Positions 11,601 through 24,108 of a stretch of 33,687 nt of DNA are shown in pieces. Both the position numbers and the translations under genes were made by a program. The DNA comes from Polymyxa betae A26-41 (taxonomy: Eukaryota; Protista; Endomyxa: Phytomyxea), in assembly GCA_003693705.1 (NCBI GenBank), contig RBZT01000747.1, positions 1 through 33,687 of the forward strand. Reading direction: 5' to 3'. The notes beneath the pieces were generated by a model. That model did not search any database. It saw nothing but the letters and a program-made list of their open reading frames with translations, and was not told the origin of the DNA. The stretch's first letter is position 1; the number at the start of each line of letters is the position of its first letter.

Positions 11601-13761
11601 CAGCGACTCTTTAATCAGAGACAAATACAACCAAAAGTAGGACAATGAAATTGCAGACATACTGAGAAGAAATCAAAAGGAACCAAAGCATCCGCGAACA
11701 CAAAGCAATAGAGAGACCTAACGAGAACAAAAGGGAACAGCAAAAATGAAGACAGTCGCGAATATCAAATAAAAAGATTAGGAAGAAACAAAGCATCGGT
11801 ACGTCATACAAAAGGAGGATGAATGGCAAGAAAGAAACCCCATAAATATCAAACCATAATGTGTGAGAAAATACTGAAAACGATTTCAAATAAAAAGATG
11901 CTTTAAGCGAAAATATGATACATAGAAAATAAAAGAGTATAGACAGGAAATGAAATGGACTGAGCACCTGTCGCGATCTGGAAGGTCGCTGGTCTGGCGG
12001 CGATGAAGTCGGGGCGTCGTATCGGAGCCGGTCAGCGTCTTCAGAAAAGCGTTGCTGAGGATGCTGGACGCCTTTCGAAGGCGGCCGGTCGGGGTCGGGT
12101 TATGCTGACGAAAGCTGGCATTCGGTGATAAGGCAGGACTGTTCGAATGCAGAATCTGATTAACAAGCTGGATCAATGAATGTAACATTACACTGCGTTA
12201 ACAAAACTAGCAGAAAATGAGACACAATAACTTCGAGTTTTTTAAAAGATAATTCTCGAATGTCTAAACTCTGCAAACCATTCGGGAATTAAAACCATCA
12301 CGACCTTCAAAAAAAGGAAATTTCTTTGAAAACAGTATTAGCTTCAGAAAAGGGAAATCTATTTGAAAACAGAAACATTACACAGTCTAATGTGATCTTC
12401 TCTTTGTCGCGATGGCTATGCGATTCTGGTGCGGGCAACGCTCCATTGGGCTGGAACACGAGCTCGAGGAAATCGAGCGACTCGGTGTGCTCAACGATCT
12501 AACTGACAATCAGCCACGTCATTGCGGCCTGTATGAAGAGTCTCACCCATTGCTTGAACTGGTCCTACGAAAGGCGGTCTGAATCCCGGCCTGTGAATGC
12601 ACTAGATACAAGCAATTGCACCTACAGCGATATCATGATCAGTATGATGATGAAGCACTATTGAGAAATTCCAAAATTGAAGCTCATGTTTTATAGCTGA
12701 AAAACAATCTATGCGAAGAAAGTCTCAGGTTTCCAGCTTTGTGAAATAAAAATCATTTGGTAAAACAAATGCGATGTAAGCGCCAATGTGTAAGAGGAAA
12801 AGAGAAGTTCGAATCAAGCTCAATCACAGAAAAAAAAATCCAAATCCGATCGAAGCGGATGGGTCGGAAACGAAAAGATCTGAAAAGCGAAAAAACCTTT
12901 TCGTTGAGCTCCTGGACAGTCTTTTCGGGAAGTTTGTCTCCATCCAAGCTGGCGTCCACGATGGTGTAGGCCGCGAAGATCATTGAGTTCAGAATCGTGG
13001 TGAGTTCGGCGCTGGTCAGGTAGCCGTATCCGTTCATGTCGTACATTCGAAATAAAAAATCAATCTGTACGTTGGTTTAGCAAAGAGCAAATGAAGCATT
13101 TGAGCGAAATCCAAACAGCCAATGAACCTCAAATTCAATTCACATCCAAGGCAATAACAGTTTAACACGGCACAATAAATAAAAGATAATTTTGATAACA
13201 TCAAGCCAGATGAAAAGAGAGAAACAGACTTAATCAAGAAAAATGTTTATCGACCGAAGATAAAACAATAACAAGAAATCAATGTTAAATTCCATGAACG
13301 TTTGGGCAACAGTAACACAGCGATCACAGAAGATCAAAACTACGAATTTCCAGATGGGGAACGGACTTCAAACAGAGAGAAATCGGATCAAAACAGGAAA
13401 GCTTTACCGGAATTCAGTATTTTAAAATCGAAAAATCGGCACCTCATCCAAATTTCCGCGAACAATCAAGCCGAGACCGCCAATGAACTCCTGCCAGTCG
13501 ATGGCGCCGATATTCTTCCGATCGAATGCCGAGAACAGGCGGTCGCCGAGAATCCCGGGCAGCTGGAACACCTTCGTGAACGTCAGCTTGTCGATCGCCT
13601 TGCCGCGGCTCCTATAAGCCAGGTCCTGGAACGCATGCTGCAGAATCGCCAGCTCCTTGTTATCAACTAAACCCCGGGTCAATGACACAGGGGGCCAGCA
13701 CGCCCTTACATTTGGCTCGCAGGCGCTGGTATTCGGGGTTCTTGCTGAATTTGCTCCCCAT
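8609..13761 (-). CDS. Multi-exon (about 15) kinase: N-myristoylation motif, EF-hands, Cys-rich module, PH domain, CAMK-family kinase (CDPK7-like architecture); one in-frame TAG in exon 4
   Basis: Starts MGSKFS at ATG 13761. Exons 13761-13710, 13666-13443 ([13 protein letters not shown]), 13064-12897 ([13 protein letters not shown]), 12621-12547, then from 12498. Cys-rich exon at about 11350-11590. PH domain EGWLYK...[11 protein letters not shown]...DWCIAF. Kinase motifs [41 protein letters not shown] and RRLTVAQAL are all joined by GT-AG introns. Confidence 0.9.
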
Positions 13762-16029
13762 CTGGAGCAGGCACTGCGCGAACCCGCGAAGGCGAATCCG
13801 CCGTCGTCGATTGCTGGAACGACGGTCGTCGCTATGGGACGCCGACGACGCGCTGGGCACGCGCCGGATCGACGCCGGCATCGGAGGCACGCGAACACCG
13901 AACTCGCCGCTCACCGACGGCACTAAAGCGGAGATTGCCGGAGGCTCGATCTCCGCCACTGAATGAATTGCGTCTAACAAGGGGCGGGTTCTTCATCGAA
14001 TATCATCCATGTAAACCCTAAAACCCTAACATTAACGACGCGTTGGAAAACTTTGGTTCATATTCTTGTTATTTTTTTTATCTTTCTTCAAATGATTGTG
14101 TAATTTCAGCCATTTTCGATCCTGAGACTTTTATCTAAAGAATAGAAGCATCGCTAAAACAATCAAAAATCAGGTTGGATCATCTCAGAAAGCGTTAATC
14201 GCCTTTATGATTTTAGAACGGCGCGAGGCCTTCGCCTGTGTCACAACATCCCGAGGCGAATATATCGCCCAGTTCGCCAACTACAAAAGCCATCCCTTTC
14301 TGATTCGCTTCTCTGCTTTCAATTATCATCTTGGTATTTTGTTGATAGAAGACCGTTTCTTCGGTGTTGTCATTTTGAATTCAAGCAATGAAGAAATCCA
14401 GTAGCAATTCTTCCAACTCATGCGTCAACTCGTTTGCTATAAACATTCAGGGTTAAGGTTCATGGCCGCGATGGTTACGTATGGTTATGTCCTCGTTATC
14501 AAACAATGCATTATGGGACCTCACGAACTTGATCCCCTCAGCTGGTATTTCACCCAATGACGAATTGGTTTTTCAAATGGCTTTGTCGATTTTGCAGTTA
14601 GCCTCGAAAGAGCTGCCGATGGGGTGGTATTACTTCAATCACGCACAAATCGATGACGGTGATGCGAAAATTCCAAAGTTTCGTTCGTGTTCGAGCTGGC
14701 GACCCTCGTTGACGAGGCTCCCTTATTTCAAACGCTACGCCAACCGCCCAGGGCTGAACGAGCTCGTTGGGGATGGTATTGGTTTGGTGAGGAGAAGTTT
14801 TTCTTGCAGTTTCAGATAACGATCGCTTTAAGGCCATCCATAGCTGTTGATATCCCTGTCATGATGGCAAGCTCTGACACGACTTTAGCTAACCCGAACA
14901 GCGCTGTTTGCAAAAGATCTCTTATAAGACCTTCAAGTATTAGAGACGTTTCGGACGCACTCTTCCGTTCGGTTTAGACTTTAGAGTTCCACATTTGTTA
15001 ATATGATTTTCTAGTCTGTTTCATCTGCACGCACTAATCTGAATGGAAAACCCAGTTCCGTTAAAGGGGGGGATTACGGAATAGGTTCTTCCGTTCCGTT
15101 TGCGCTCACACTGTAACAGAACGGAAAAGGGAAAGTGCGTCAAAAAAGTCTCTATTTTTACAGCGCAGTTGGAGGTTTGGAGACACTATGTGCTCTAACA
15201 CTTATTGGGAGGAACAGTAGAGGAGTCCGTTACTGTCGCTACTGCACAGATCTGCCTCTCTGTCACCCTTACTGAATGGAAAACATCAGCGACGCTACAG
15301 CAATATTTCTAGTTAGGGATGAACGGAATGGAAATCCTCTTCACAATATTGATGGAGCTACACCAAATTAAGACTTACGATGATAAGTGATCATTTACGT
15401 GTGGATTTGTGGCCAAAGACAATGTTTTCCAATTACAATAGAGACATAGATTGAGTATCAAGGCTGACCTTCAAGCTTGAACGTTTTTACCAGAACTTAA
15501 CATAGACTGTATTCGGATTAGAATGCATTTATCTTTTCTTATTGGTATACTAGGTGCAGAGATTCTATGCACAGAGTTAAAGCTTCAATATTATCTCTCC
15601 AGTTATATGGAGATTATCCATAACTTGTATCAAGCTGGAGTCTGATTAACAAGCTCTCTATTTAAGGCATTCAAACTGTTTATGAGACAATTTCTGATAC
15701 TGAAAGATAATGAGGAATTGGAGAGCGTTCTGTGATCGAGACCTGAGAGCAGAAGGGCGGCCATCATGGTAGACCTTGAGAAGGAGGCCGCCGATAATAA
15801 CACAAAAGAGGACAGCGCCGAGTATGAAGATGATCGTACCTAATGAACAGGTTAAACCCTAATCCTGTCAATATCAAGTTCCTGACAATCGGACTTGGAG
15901 TGTTCAAGTTCAAATTGCGAACTTTTCGAGTGATGGTTGGGCGAGTACGCCTTATCATTGGAGTTCTGTGCGGCAGCAGATTCCGATGAAGACATGAAGT
16001 CGGAATTCGGATCTTGAGTGTGTAATAGA

Positions 16030-16737
16030 TTATTTATGAGCCGTTTCAGGAGACATTCGCTGCTCTTCCTGATTGTCAGATACGGAGTCCGAAGACTCCG
16101 AAGACGAAGGCAAAGATTCAACAGGTTCCGCATCTTGAACGTTACTCGAATCCTGCGTCTGCATTACAATTTTATCCAATTGCGCCATTTGTTGCTTGAA
16201 ATTGGGGAGATGAGGTCGTATAACATCGAAATAGAACTGATACAATTGATGGTCTTCAGGAGAAGAACGCTTCCAGTGATTGAAACAAACGCTTAAAAGG
16301 GTATTACTATAGTGATCAGCAACGTCAACAATTAGACGGAAGAATGGCATCTCGGCAACCATTCAAAGCAATCGTATCGAAGTTTTTTGATCCATCATCA
16401 AACATCTTCCAGATCGCGGACAGAAAAGAGATCGGACTAGAACGGATTGCATGCAAATCAATGGAGACCGGAGACACGCCCGCGCGCCATTCAACAGCGC
16501 TGTATTTTGCATCTCGTCGACCAAAGTTTTCATAATGTCAACGGGTTTGAAGGCCAAATAAGGAATGATTTCTTGAAGCCGAACATTGGAAAAACGCGAG
16601 AGCAGGAAGAAATCCTGGTATGAGAATCGCAATCCAAGACGCAGCAGATTCAGCAAGGGATCTTGATCGCATTGTTCCCACCATTCGTTGGAGACCGTTG
16701 ACGGAATCTTTCGTCGACGCGCTCGAGCCATTGCCAT
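16030..16737 (-). pseudogene. 5'-truncated, disrupted paralogue of the F-box/helical-domain family at 20586-22930
   Basis: WWEQCDQDPLLNLLRLGLRFSYQDFF...CLRSPL matches WWKHSDQDLLQTLLRVGLRFSYDEYF...CLRSPL. EMPFF...ADHYSNTLLSV...WKRS...FDVIRP matches ELPFF...ADQYGCTLLSV...WKRS...FDIIRP. TGA at 16365-16363, probable frameshift near 16460, and no signal peptide or F-box upstream. Confidence 0.8.
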
Positions 16738-17248
16738 GCATCGTTAATGATCACAGCTGTTCTGCATTTCGCCCAACGAGGCAAATTATGAGGTTAAGTT
16801 GACGTCGTTCTGTCTAGAAGGGCTGCGCGTGGCGCAGGCGTCGCGCAGCCCTCTCTCATCATGAGCTTCCTCTTCATTATCACTGCTGTCATTGTATTAC
16901 TATGAGACAGATACTTCCAAGCCGTTATCTGCTTGATGAAACTACCGGTGTTTATGCTAAGAGTTTTCTGTACATAATTCTAGTTCTCAACTTGGGCAAT
17001 TTGGGATTCTCGGAATCTTGGATTTGCAGCGGATAGACGAGTGTGGACCAGGATTCAGATTAGTCAACTGGACGATTCTTGATCTTGAAGCAAAGAAAAA
17101 ACGGGAAATGGATTAAAAGTATCAAAGCAAATCACGACGTCATCGGTAGAAAGAAATTTATGTGTTTAGGACTCGTGTAAGTCCGTGCGGATCCCCAAGA
17201 AGGCGACCCTTAACTCGTTGTGTCTCTCTATTCCATATTCATCAAGCT

Positions 17249-18573
17249 ATGCTTTGCAACAGGTCGGGGTTATCTGGTCGCGGCCGCTTCCTCCTAGCCG
17301 GTTCTCTTCTATTGATTGTTCTGGCCATCTGCCTGGGTGTTTATTTTGGGCGGTACCATTCTCCCCGGGTTAGTAAATTATCTGAGCATGTAAATCTCGC
17401 TTATAATTTCTGCTATTAAAGGCAGCTAATGCTTCATTGCGGCAGGATGATGATTCAGCTGAAAAATTCACAGAAAATGAAAATGCTCTGCCTGAAAGCG
17501 ATGACGCCGGAAAGACTGAGTCTTCATCCGTTGTTGGTGTTGTTGATTGCTCTGAGCGCGAAGACTTTCAACGTGAACGCGGTGTTGCTGAATCCGCAGG
17601 CTCTCAGACAGACGAAGATCCAAAAATGCTGCCTTTTGGTTCTCATTCTTCCCAACTGAATTCGATCGATGTCTCTGTATTACCGAGAACGGATGGTTTC
17701 TATCAAGTTATATCACTGAATGACGCCGGCGATTCTGTCGCGGAACCGATCCCTGAGCTGCAATCGGCCGTTGCTGACTGGCACAAGCTCGGTTATTCAC
17801 ATAGCAAGGTCCTCTACGATAACAACTCGGTTCTCCTCAATTTCAGTCGCTGGCCTCGTATCGGTGACCTTTTAACGAAGGCGTACAACGACAAGACTCT
17901 CGAATTGCAAAGAAAACCATTCTTCGTGACCGCTTCTGTTAGCGATCAGATCGGCATCCAAATCGAAGGCGTTTCTCGCAAGCTTCAATCGATAGAGAGG
18001 ATCTACAATGAAATCGGCGAATGCGGCAAAGTGATTTACGAGTGGAAACCGATCTACAAGATGTATGAAGGTTCTGTGATCCAGCAGAATGGGTCTGAGC
18101 TGGAATGCGACCAGATCATCGATGTTATTCAGAGTTTCGATGCAGATAAGCTATCCGGCGAGCTGGATTTGGGTTTCATCTTGATCTGGCATGATGCCGG
18201 CAGCGACTTCTGGATCCGATGTAAGACCGAGCAGCTGGCTGTGTCGATCTGGAACACGATTCCCGAGAACTATCCCGCCGCCTTGTGTAGCTACAGCACA
18301 GGCGTTATTCGTCGCCGTGGAGAACATAACGATCTTCTCGATCAAACTATCGTGATTGCTCGCACATTGAATACTGTATTCCCTCTGGGCTCTTGGTCGA
18401 AATCCTGCCAACGGGCCCAATCTTGGTTCGATTTCAAATCGGATCGCCACATTGTTCAGGTTTGTCTTACGGAACCTTCGAAAGAGTCGTCGTATGGTAC
18501 CTTTCGAGTCAACTGCAGCCACTCGTATTGCAATCGCAATGGGCGACTTCTACGCACCGAGGCATCCCAATAA
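17249..18573 (+). CDS. Type II membrane/signal-anchor orphan protein, 2 exons (17249-17368, 17446-18573), about 415 aa
   Basis: Exon 1 encodes FLLAGSLLLIVLAICLGVYF. A phase-0 intron 17369-17445 (GTTAGT...GCTAAT...GCAG) joins an acidic stalk and a roughly 300-aa domain I do not recognise. Confidence 0.75.
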
Positions 18574-18692
18574 AGTACTTTATATTTGGGCGGTTGAGTT
18601 TCGCTCAAGTATGAAAACGACCCGAGTATTCGGCTCAGTTTACCACTGCGAATTGCGATTTCGGAACTTCTTTGGAATCTGGTAACGGCTTG

Positions 18693-18871
18693 AAAGTAGT
18701 TATTTATCTCATAGTCACTGACTACAGTTGCAAGAGGCTGCTGTCTGACAGTATTGGGGCTGAATATCAGAGGCCGCGTCTGAGTTTAAAGTAGTTCTTT
18801 ATCAGTCACTGACTACGGAAGCAAAAGGCTGCCGTCTGACAGTATGGGGGGTGAATATCAGAGGCCGCGTC
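18693..18871. repeat. Imperfect tandem duplication (about 90-bp unit x2)
   Basis: AAAGTAGTT..TTTATC..AGTCACTGACTAC...GGCTGC.GTCTGACAGTAT.GGGG.TGAATATCAGAGGCCGCGTC occurs at about 18693-18780 and 18788-18871. Confidence 0.9.
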
Positions 18872-20585
18872 AAAAAATTTCTACCTGCATCCTGCGCGGC
18901 CTCGGTTTATTCCCATTAGTTCAAAAAAATAATGAATCTAATTGATCCAAGAGCCATCGCTGACGCTTCATGATCTGCTAATACACTGAAGTGACGGCCT
19001 TCGGCTTCGATCCTGCTGCCTATTTCATTTGCAAAAACGATGAACGTCGACAAGACATGTTCCACGACTCCGATGAAGCTGAAGCCATAGGCCACTGCTA
19101 CTATAATCCATATCAATGAAGGTTGGATTGGATTGGATTGGATTTACTAATTTGTTGATTTTGTCAATATCAATGAAGGTTCGGGCTTTTTCTGTTGGAA
19201 AAACCGGTCCTAAGAATCGCCCATTTTTTGTGGACCTCTACCAAGTTTTGACATTACGAACAGTAAGTTTCAGATTGCCACTTTTAGAGTCATTTTAATG
19301 TCGTCACTCTATCGAACTCGACGAAAGTGAGCTCGGTGTCGGTTTGAACAGGGTTGTCGAACATAATGAGACAAACGAAATTTAGCACAACGAATGAGCT
19401 CACATATATCGATACTGAATTGTTCAATTCTGCCGAGCAATTCTGTATTGAGGTCATTGCATCACATCAATATTTAGTTAGAGTCAGAGCTTGTGAAAGC
19501 ATTTCCCATTCACTGAATACTGCAGACGAATAAGCGACTAGCTTGATTGAAGGAGTGGAGATTCCCGAACCTGTAAAGCCACATTTTTTGCATGTATAGA
19601 CAGCGTTTAGTGAACAGATTGAATGCGATAAGACTCAGATCATCTAGTTATGACATTATTGACACTATAGAATATTCCAAGCAGAGACGATAACGAATAC
19701 CAAAGGGCGTATGAAGAGAAATCGGGTCTTCATTCATGGATGATACAATTTTTGAAAAAGGCTCTTCATATCCTACAAGCTGAGTCTCTTCCTGTAGATC
19801 AGCAGAAACCAAAAAACGGAAAACAGAACTGGCGATATCGCAACCAATTTAAGTCTCTTGATTAGACTCAAAAAAATTAGAATTATTAAAACAGCCAGAC
19901 CAGAACTTCTGCTGCAAATACTTCGGTGAAGTATTGATTTATTATTGTTCTCTAGCTTAACCGCATCAAGCAAACAATGCAGCAGATCAGCATGGCAGTC
20001 GAATATCCGCTTTAAGCGAATGTCGTGCGATACCAGATTGTTTATAAAGCTGTAAGATTCGCACCTGGTATCAATCAGTCGTATTGAAGTTGAACGAAGG
20101 AGGCCTCAGAGAAGCGAGGTTGTCTTGTATAAGGATAATGAAGTAATGGAAGGCGTCCGATAAAGAAATGAGACGGTCTCAGGTTCGTATCGAAGTATTA
20201 CGAAGGAAAGAGCGGCATACATGGCTATATATTGGCATCTGATTATAAGCACAGCGTTGGCGAAACTGACAGCTGTCTAATAAGATGAAATGAAATGAAA
20301 AAAGATGGTCGAAATACACGTGAGCTGAAGTAAGTTTCACTATTCCCTATAGCAAGGAGCAATTCGTCCGGAAAGCGCAACCTCGTGCTGGATTATGGTA
20401 TCGCCGAGCCGGTCGCCCATTGGATCTGCTCTCGATCTCCTGAATCACCGAGCTCATCACAAAGGTGAAGAGGGTCCTGCGCCTTCACCTGATTCGTCAT
20501 AGCCCAGATACCAGATTATGGAATAGTTGACGGACTTTCCAGTACTACCTCCAGTCCACTCTGTCTTCCGAGCTCTCTCCTCGAC

Positions 20586-22930
20586 ATGAAGGCCGCCGCC
20601 ATGCTCGTGGCCGTACTGGTCCTGGCCAGCGTCGCCGCTACCCAGGACCCCGATTCGCAGATCGACCGTCTTTGGGACTCACTCGTCGAGAAGATTCTGG
20701 CCCGGGGTTCGAATTCGGCCAGTACGACCATGGGCGTGTTTCGGAGATTCCGCTTCCTGCTCAAGACCCCGATATCGGATCTCTATGATGGACGCTTTCC
20801 GGACTCCGAAATTCTCCGGCGGATAACTGCGGCGATTCGCTTCATTGAAGAGACGTCGATTCCGTGGCCGGTGATCAGTCCGCAGCTGACCGTGTCCCTG
20901 TACGACCGCCTCATTAGCAGTGAGCATTTGACGGACTCCGAGAAAGCCGAAGGACTGAAACTCCTGATTGAGAAGATCGATGCGGATCTGATCACTGGAC
21001 TGTTGGCCTCCTCAAACTCGGATCTTCAATCGGAACCATTTCTGCAATTATTCCTGAACTATAAACAGCAGCTGGATACGGAGACGCCATTCACGTTTCA
21101 TCACATTCCTGCTGAGGTCATCGAATCACTTCATCGTGCTCGGCCTGAAGACGATAATTTCGGATTCTCCGAAGAAATCGTGTCCGAGGTCCGCGGTCGA
21201 TATCCTCCTCCATTCAATCGGTTCTTCCCGCAAGGACCTGGTTCAGACACACTGCCTAGATTCCGGAAAAATTCGCATCCATTGGCCACTCATTCTGTCC
21301 TCCTGGCTCTGCTCTATCAAGGAGTCCGCTTCAATTTTAAGGAATTTTTCCGTTTGGTGACTGTCTCAGCAAACGAAATTTCGGACATCATTCCACTATT
21401 ACGTTCACAGAATCTCGAGCTTCTCGATATCATGTTTACATTCTTCAATTTAAAAAACCTGTCTGAAGCTCGGGCGATGTTCCTCATTCCCATGGTGCGT
21501 CGTCTAATTCTCTCCAATACGGATTATTTCTTGACCAAACTCCTCAACTTCTGTCGTCTTGGAGAGCCCTGGTGTGCAGATTCCATAACCCTACTCCGAT
21601 TCATCACCGAACTGCCGTTCTTCCCGCAGATCGCGAATTCCGCAGATCAGTATGGATGTACTTTATTGAGTGTCTTTGTCAATAAATGGAAGAGGTCTAA
21701 TACTACCGATGATCCATGGTATCAAGCTCTATTCGATATTATTCGCCCATATACAGTGGATTTCGATTCTCTATTCGTCCGAGTGGTCGCACAGTTTCAG
21801 GAACTTCAACGTCTGAAAAGTCTCGGTCTTCCGCGTCCTGTCGGATTCCGTCGTATTCGGACTTGTGCATCGTTCCCATTAAGGATATGGAACAGATCCC
21901 GAATTGGAATTTCGTTCCTATTGAGAGCGGACAATCCCGTGAACTTCCTCCTTCTTTGGAAATCGTCCCTGAGACCGAATCGTATTTCGATCGTCTTCCG
22001 GACGATCTTATTCGAGTCATTATGAGCGCTGATCTGAAACTTGACCGAGTCCTTCCACAAGTTTGTCGCAGATTCCGCCATCTGTCCATTCCGTCATCAA
22101 TGCGGACACTGCTGTGTTTCGTTACCCAATCGAGTGAGCTCCCCGATCTGTTACGAGCTCTGCCGGAGCTGCTTCAACAGAATGCCGATCTCCGGCGCTT
22201 TTTAACGCCCCGGCTGATCGTGAGCCTGTACGACCGGGTGATGGAGTGTCATGATCTGACGGAATCCGAGAAGGTGTGACTGCTGAAGATTTTGATGGAT
22301 GAAGGCGACCGGGATCTGATTTCAGGATTGTTATGCAGCGGATCGCAGCTCTCATCACCGGCTATGATGGAACTATTTCTCAGTCAAAGTCCGTCAATGG
22401 ATTCTGCAGCAGCTCTGTCGGACAAAATTCCCGCCTCTATCATACAACATATCGAGAGCTGGCCGCTGTTGTCCGAACCGAGTCATTTTTCCAAGGAGGT
22501 CGTTGATGCCGTCCGCAGTCGTTTCCCCCCTCCTTTTAATCGCATCTTTCCATTTGGAGACAGATTGCCTGTTCGTATTTTGCAGAACCACCGCGATTGG
22601 TGGAAACACAGCGATCAAGACCTCTTACAGACGCTGCTGCGTGTTGGATTACGTTTCTCCTACGATGAATACTTCTGGCTGAAATGCCCCGCGCGTCTTT
22701 CCGATGCTCGAATTCAAGAACTGATTCCTCATTTGGGCTTCTCCGAGCCTGCTGACGTTATCGCAGCTTTGATCGAGTCCGTGGAAGTTCACGAAATGGT
22801 GACTGTCGTGCGTCATTGTCTCCGGTCTCCATTGGTGCTGCATTCCATCCAAGCAAATGCTAGAAGGTATGATTTATTTTTAGACGCGAAAAAGATACAC
22901 TCTATTTACGGACAGCTCTTATGTATTTAA
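20586..22930 (+). CDS. Signal-peptide protein with two tandem [F-box-like + helical domain] units; 44-nt intron 21840-21883; second unit interrupted by TGA at 22277-22279
   Basis: Signal peptide MKAAAMLVAVLVLASVAA. Unit 1 begins IDRLWDSLVEKIL...VFRRFRFL and unit 2 begins FDRLPDDLIRVIM...LPQVCRRFRHL (F-box consensus). Shared blocks include VSLYDR, SEK, DLI.GLL, FS.E.V..VR.R.PPPFNR.FP and G.RF. A GTCGGA...TAAG intron joins the frames in phase 0. The product is about 549 aa if the TGA terminates; the 3' end is uncertain. Confidence 0.75.
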
Positions 22931-23966
22931 TTCCATCGTGATTCCGCAATTTGTTTGCGGGCTTTATTTTGCAGTCTGACGGCCTTTTGTAGTGAAGTTT
23001 CATACAAGTAAGTCGTACTGGATTCACGATTCCCATGCTGTATTCGTCATGATCATGCCCTCAGGAAGGAACCGCTTTGTTAGAAGCAGAACATTTTGCC
23101 TGCGAAGAATCCTACAAAGCTGTCTAAGACGTGCCTTGAAGCCGCTCTCGTATCCAGAAACGAAGATGCCGCCGCCAGTTCTGCGCAAGTAAGAACAATT
23201 TGAAACAGCAGCTAGCGCGAGTTCCTGATTCTCAAATGCAGAGCACGAATTGAGCAGCCTGCGGTAGATGATTAGGTAGAATATTCATCGTGTTCTAGAA
23301 GTTAGCAGCAATTTGGATTTTTTGATTGATTTTTAAGACCTCTTTCTTCAAATTCCGGAGTTCTCGCTGTTAAATCGTCACGTTGATTGCATCATATGCA
23401 ATAAAGAGCAGCGACATCAATGCAATTGCAAACTATATGGACATCGGTAATAGGTAGTACTGGCAGTGAGTGATCCACTTAGTCCATTTTCGTCACGATC
23501 AAAGATATTATGATACTTACACGATACACTCGGAGACAATATGGAAAATATGTCTGAGCAGCGACATTCCGAAAACCGTAATAGAGCAGCGAGACTGTTC
23601 GGGCAGCCCTATCTCGAACATCAATCTCAGCCGTGATTCTACGCTGCGGACCCCGACAATCCCGGACACTCCGCCAGTGCGACTAAAGATCCGAGACGGA
23701 TCGTAACCATCAGCATAATCGGGACAAGGATCTTGTACGCAAGCAGGCAGAGAGCGAGGTGGGTCAACGCAAACGCAAAACCAGTACGACGCACTCGATA
23801 ATCGAACTTCGTCATCGGATCGTATTTACTGGATTGAAGCCGAGTTCAGCGAGAGACAGCCAAAAGGGTCCCCGGATTTGAGGATGCTGATTGATTTTAA
23901 ACCAGGACTGGACCGATGGAATCGGATGATGATTGACATAGTAAGCGAACACAAAATCGAAAAAGA

Positions 23967-24040
23967 CGTCAAAGGTGGGACTCGAACCCACAACCTCTCG
24001 GTTAACAGCCGAACGCGCTGACCAGTTGCGCCACTCAGAC
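23967..24040 (-). tRNA. tRNA-Asn (GTT)
   Basis: Reverse complement reads GTCTGAG TG GCGC AACTGGTCA GCGC G TTCGG CT GTT AA CCGAG AGGTT GTGGG TTCGAGT CCCAC CTTTGAC G, followed by TCTTTTT. Confidence 0.93.
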
Positions 24041-24106
24041 ATACGCTGATACTGTTAGACGGGAGAGGGTTTGGAACTGGAATGGGTTTGAAGAAGTGTT
24101 TTATTT

Positions 24107-24108
24107 NN
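24107..24108. other. Ambiguous bases / possible assembly gap (NN)
   Basis: Two N characters in the sequence. Confidence 0.99.

Noticed and set aside
11611-11967. Hydrophobic Phe/Leu-rich ORF (also 10943-11254)
   Set aside because: It lies in T-rich introns of the CDPK7-like gene and is a compositional artefact.
12565-22279. Genome-wide stop codon reassignment (UAG or UGA as sense)
   Set aside because: Thousands of codons in long ORFs lack in-frame TAG or TGA, and several genes appear to end in TAG and one in TGA. Isolated cases fit mutation, editing or splicing better.
22274-22288. 15-nt micro-intron GTGTGACTGCTGAAG removing the TGA
   Set aside because: Far below the local minimum of about 43 nt, and removing it would break collinearity with unit 1.
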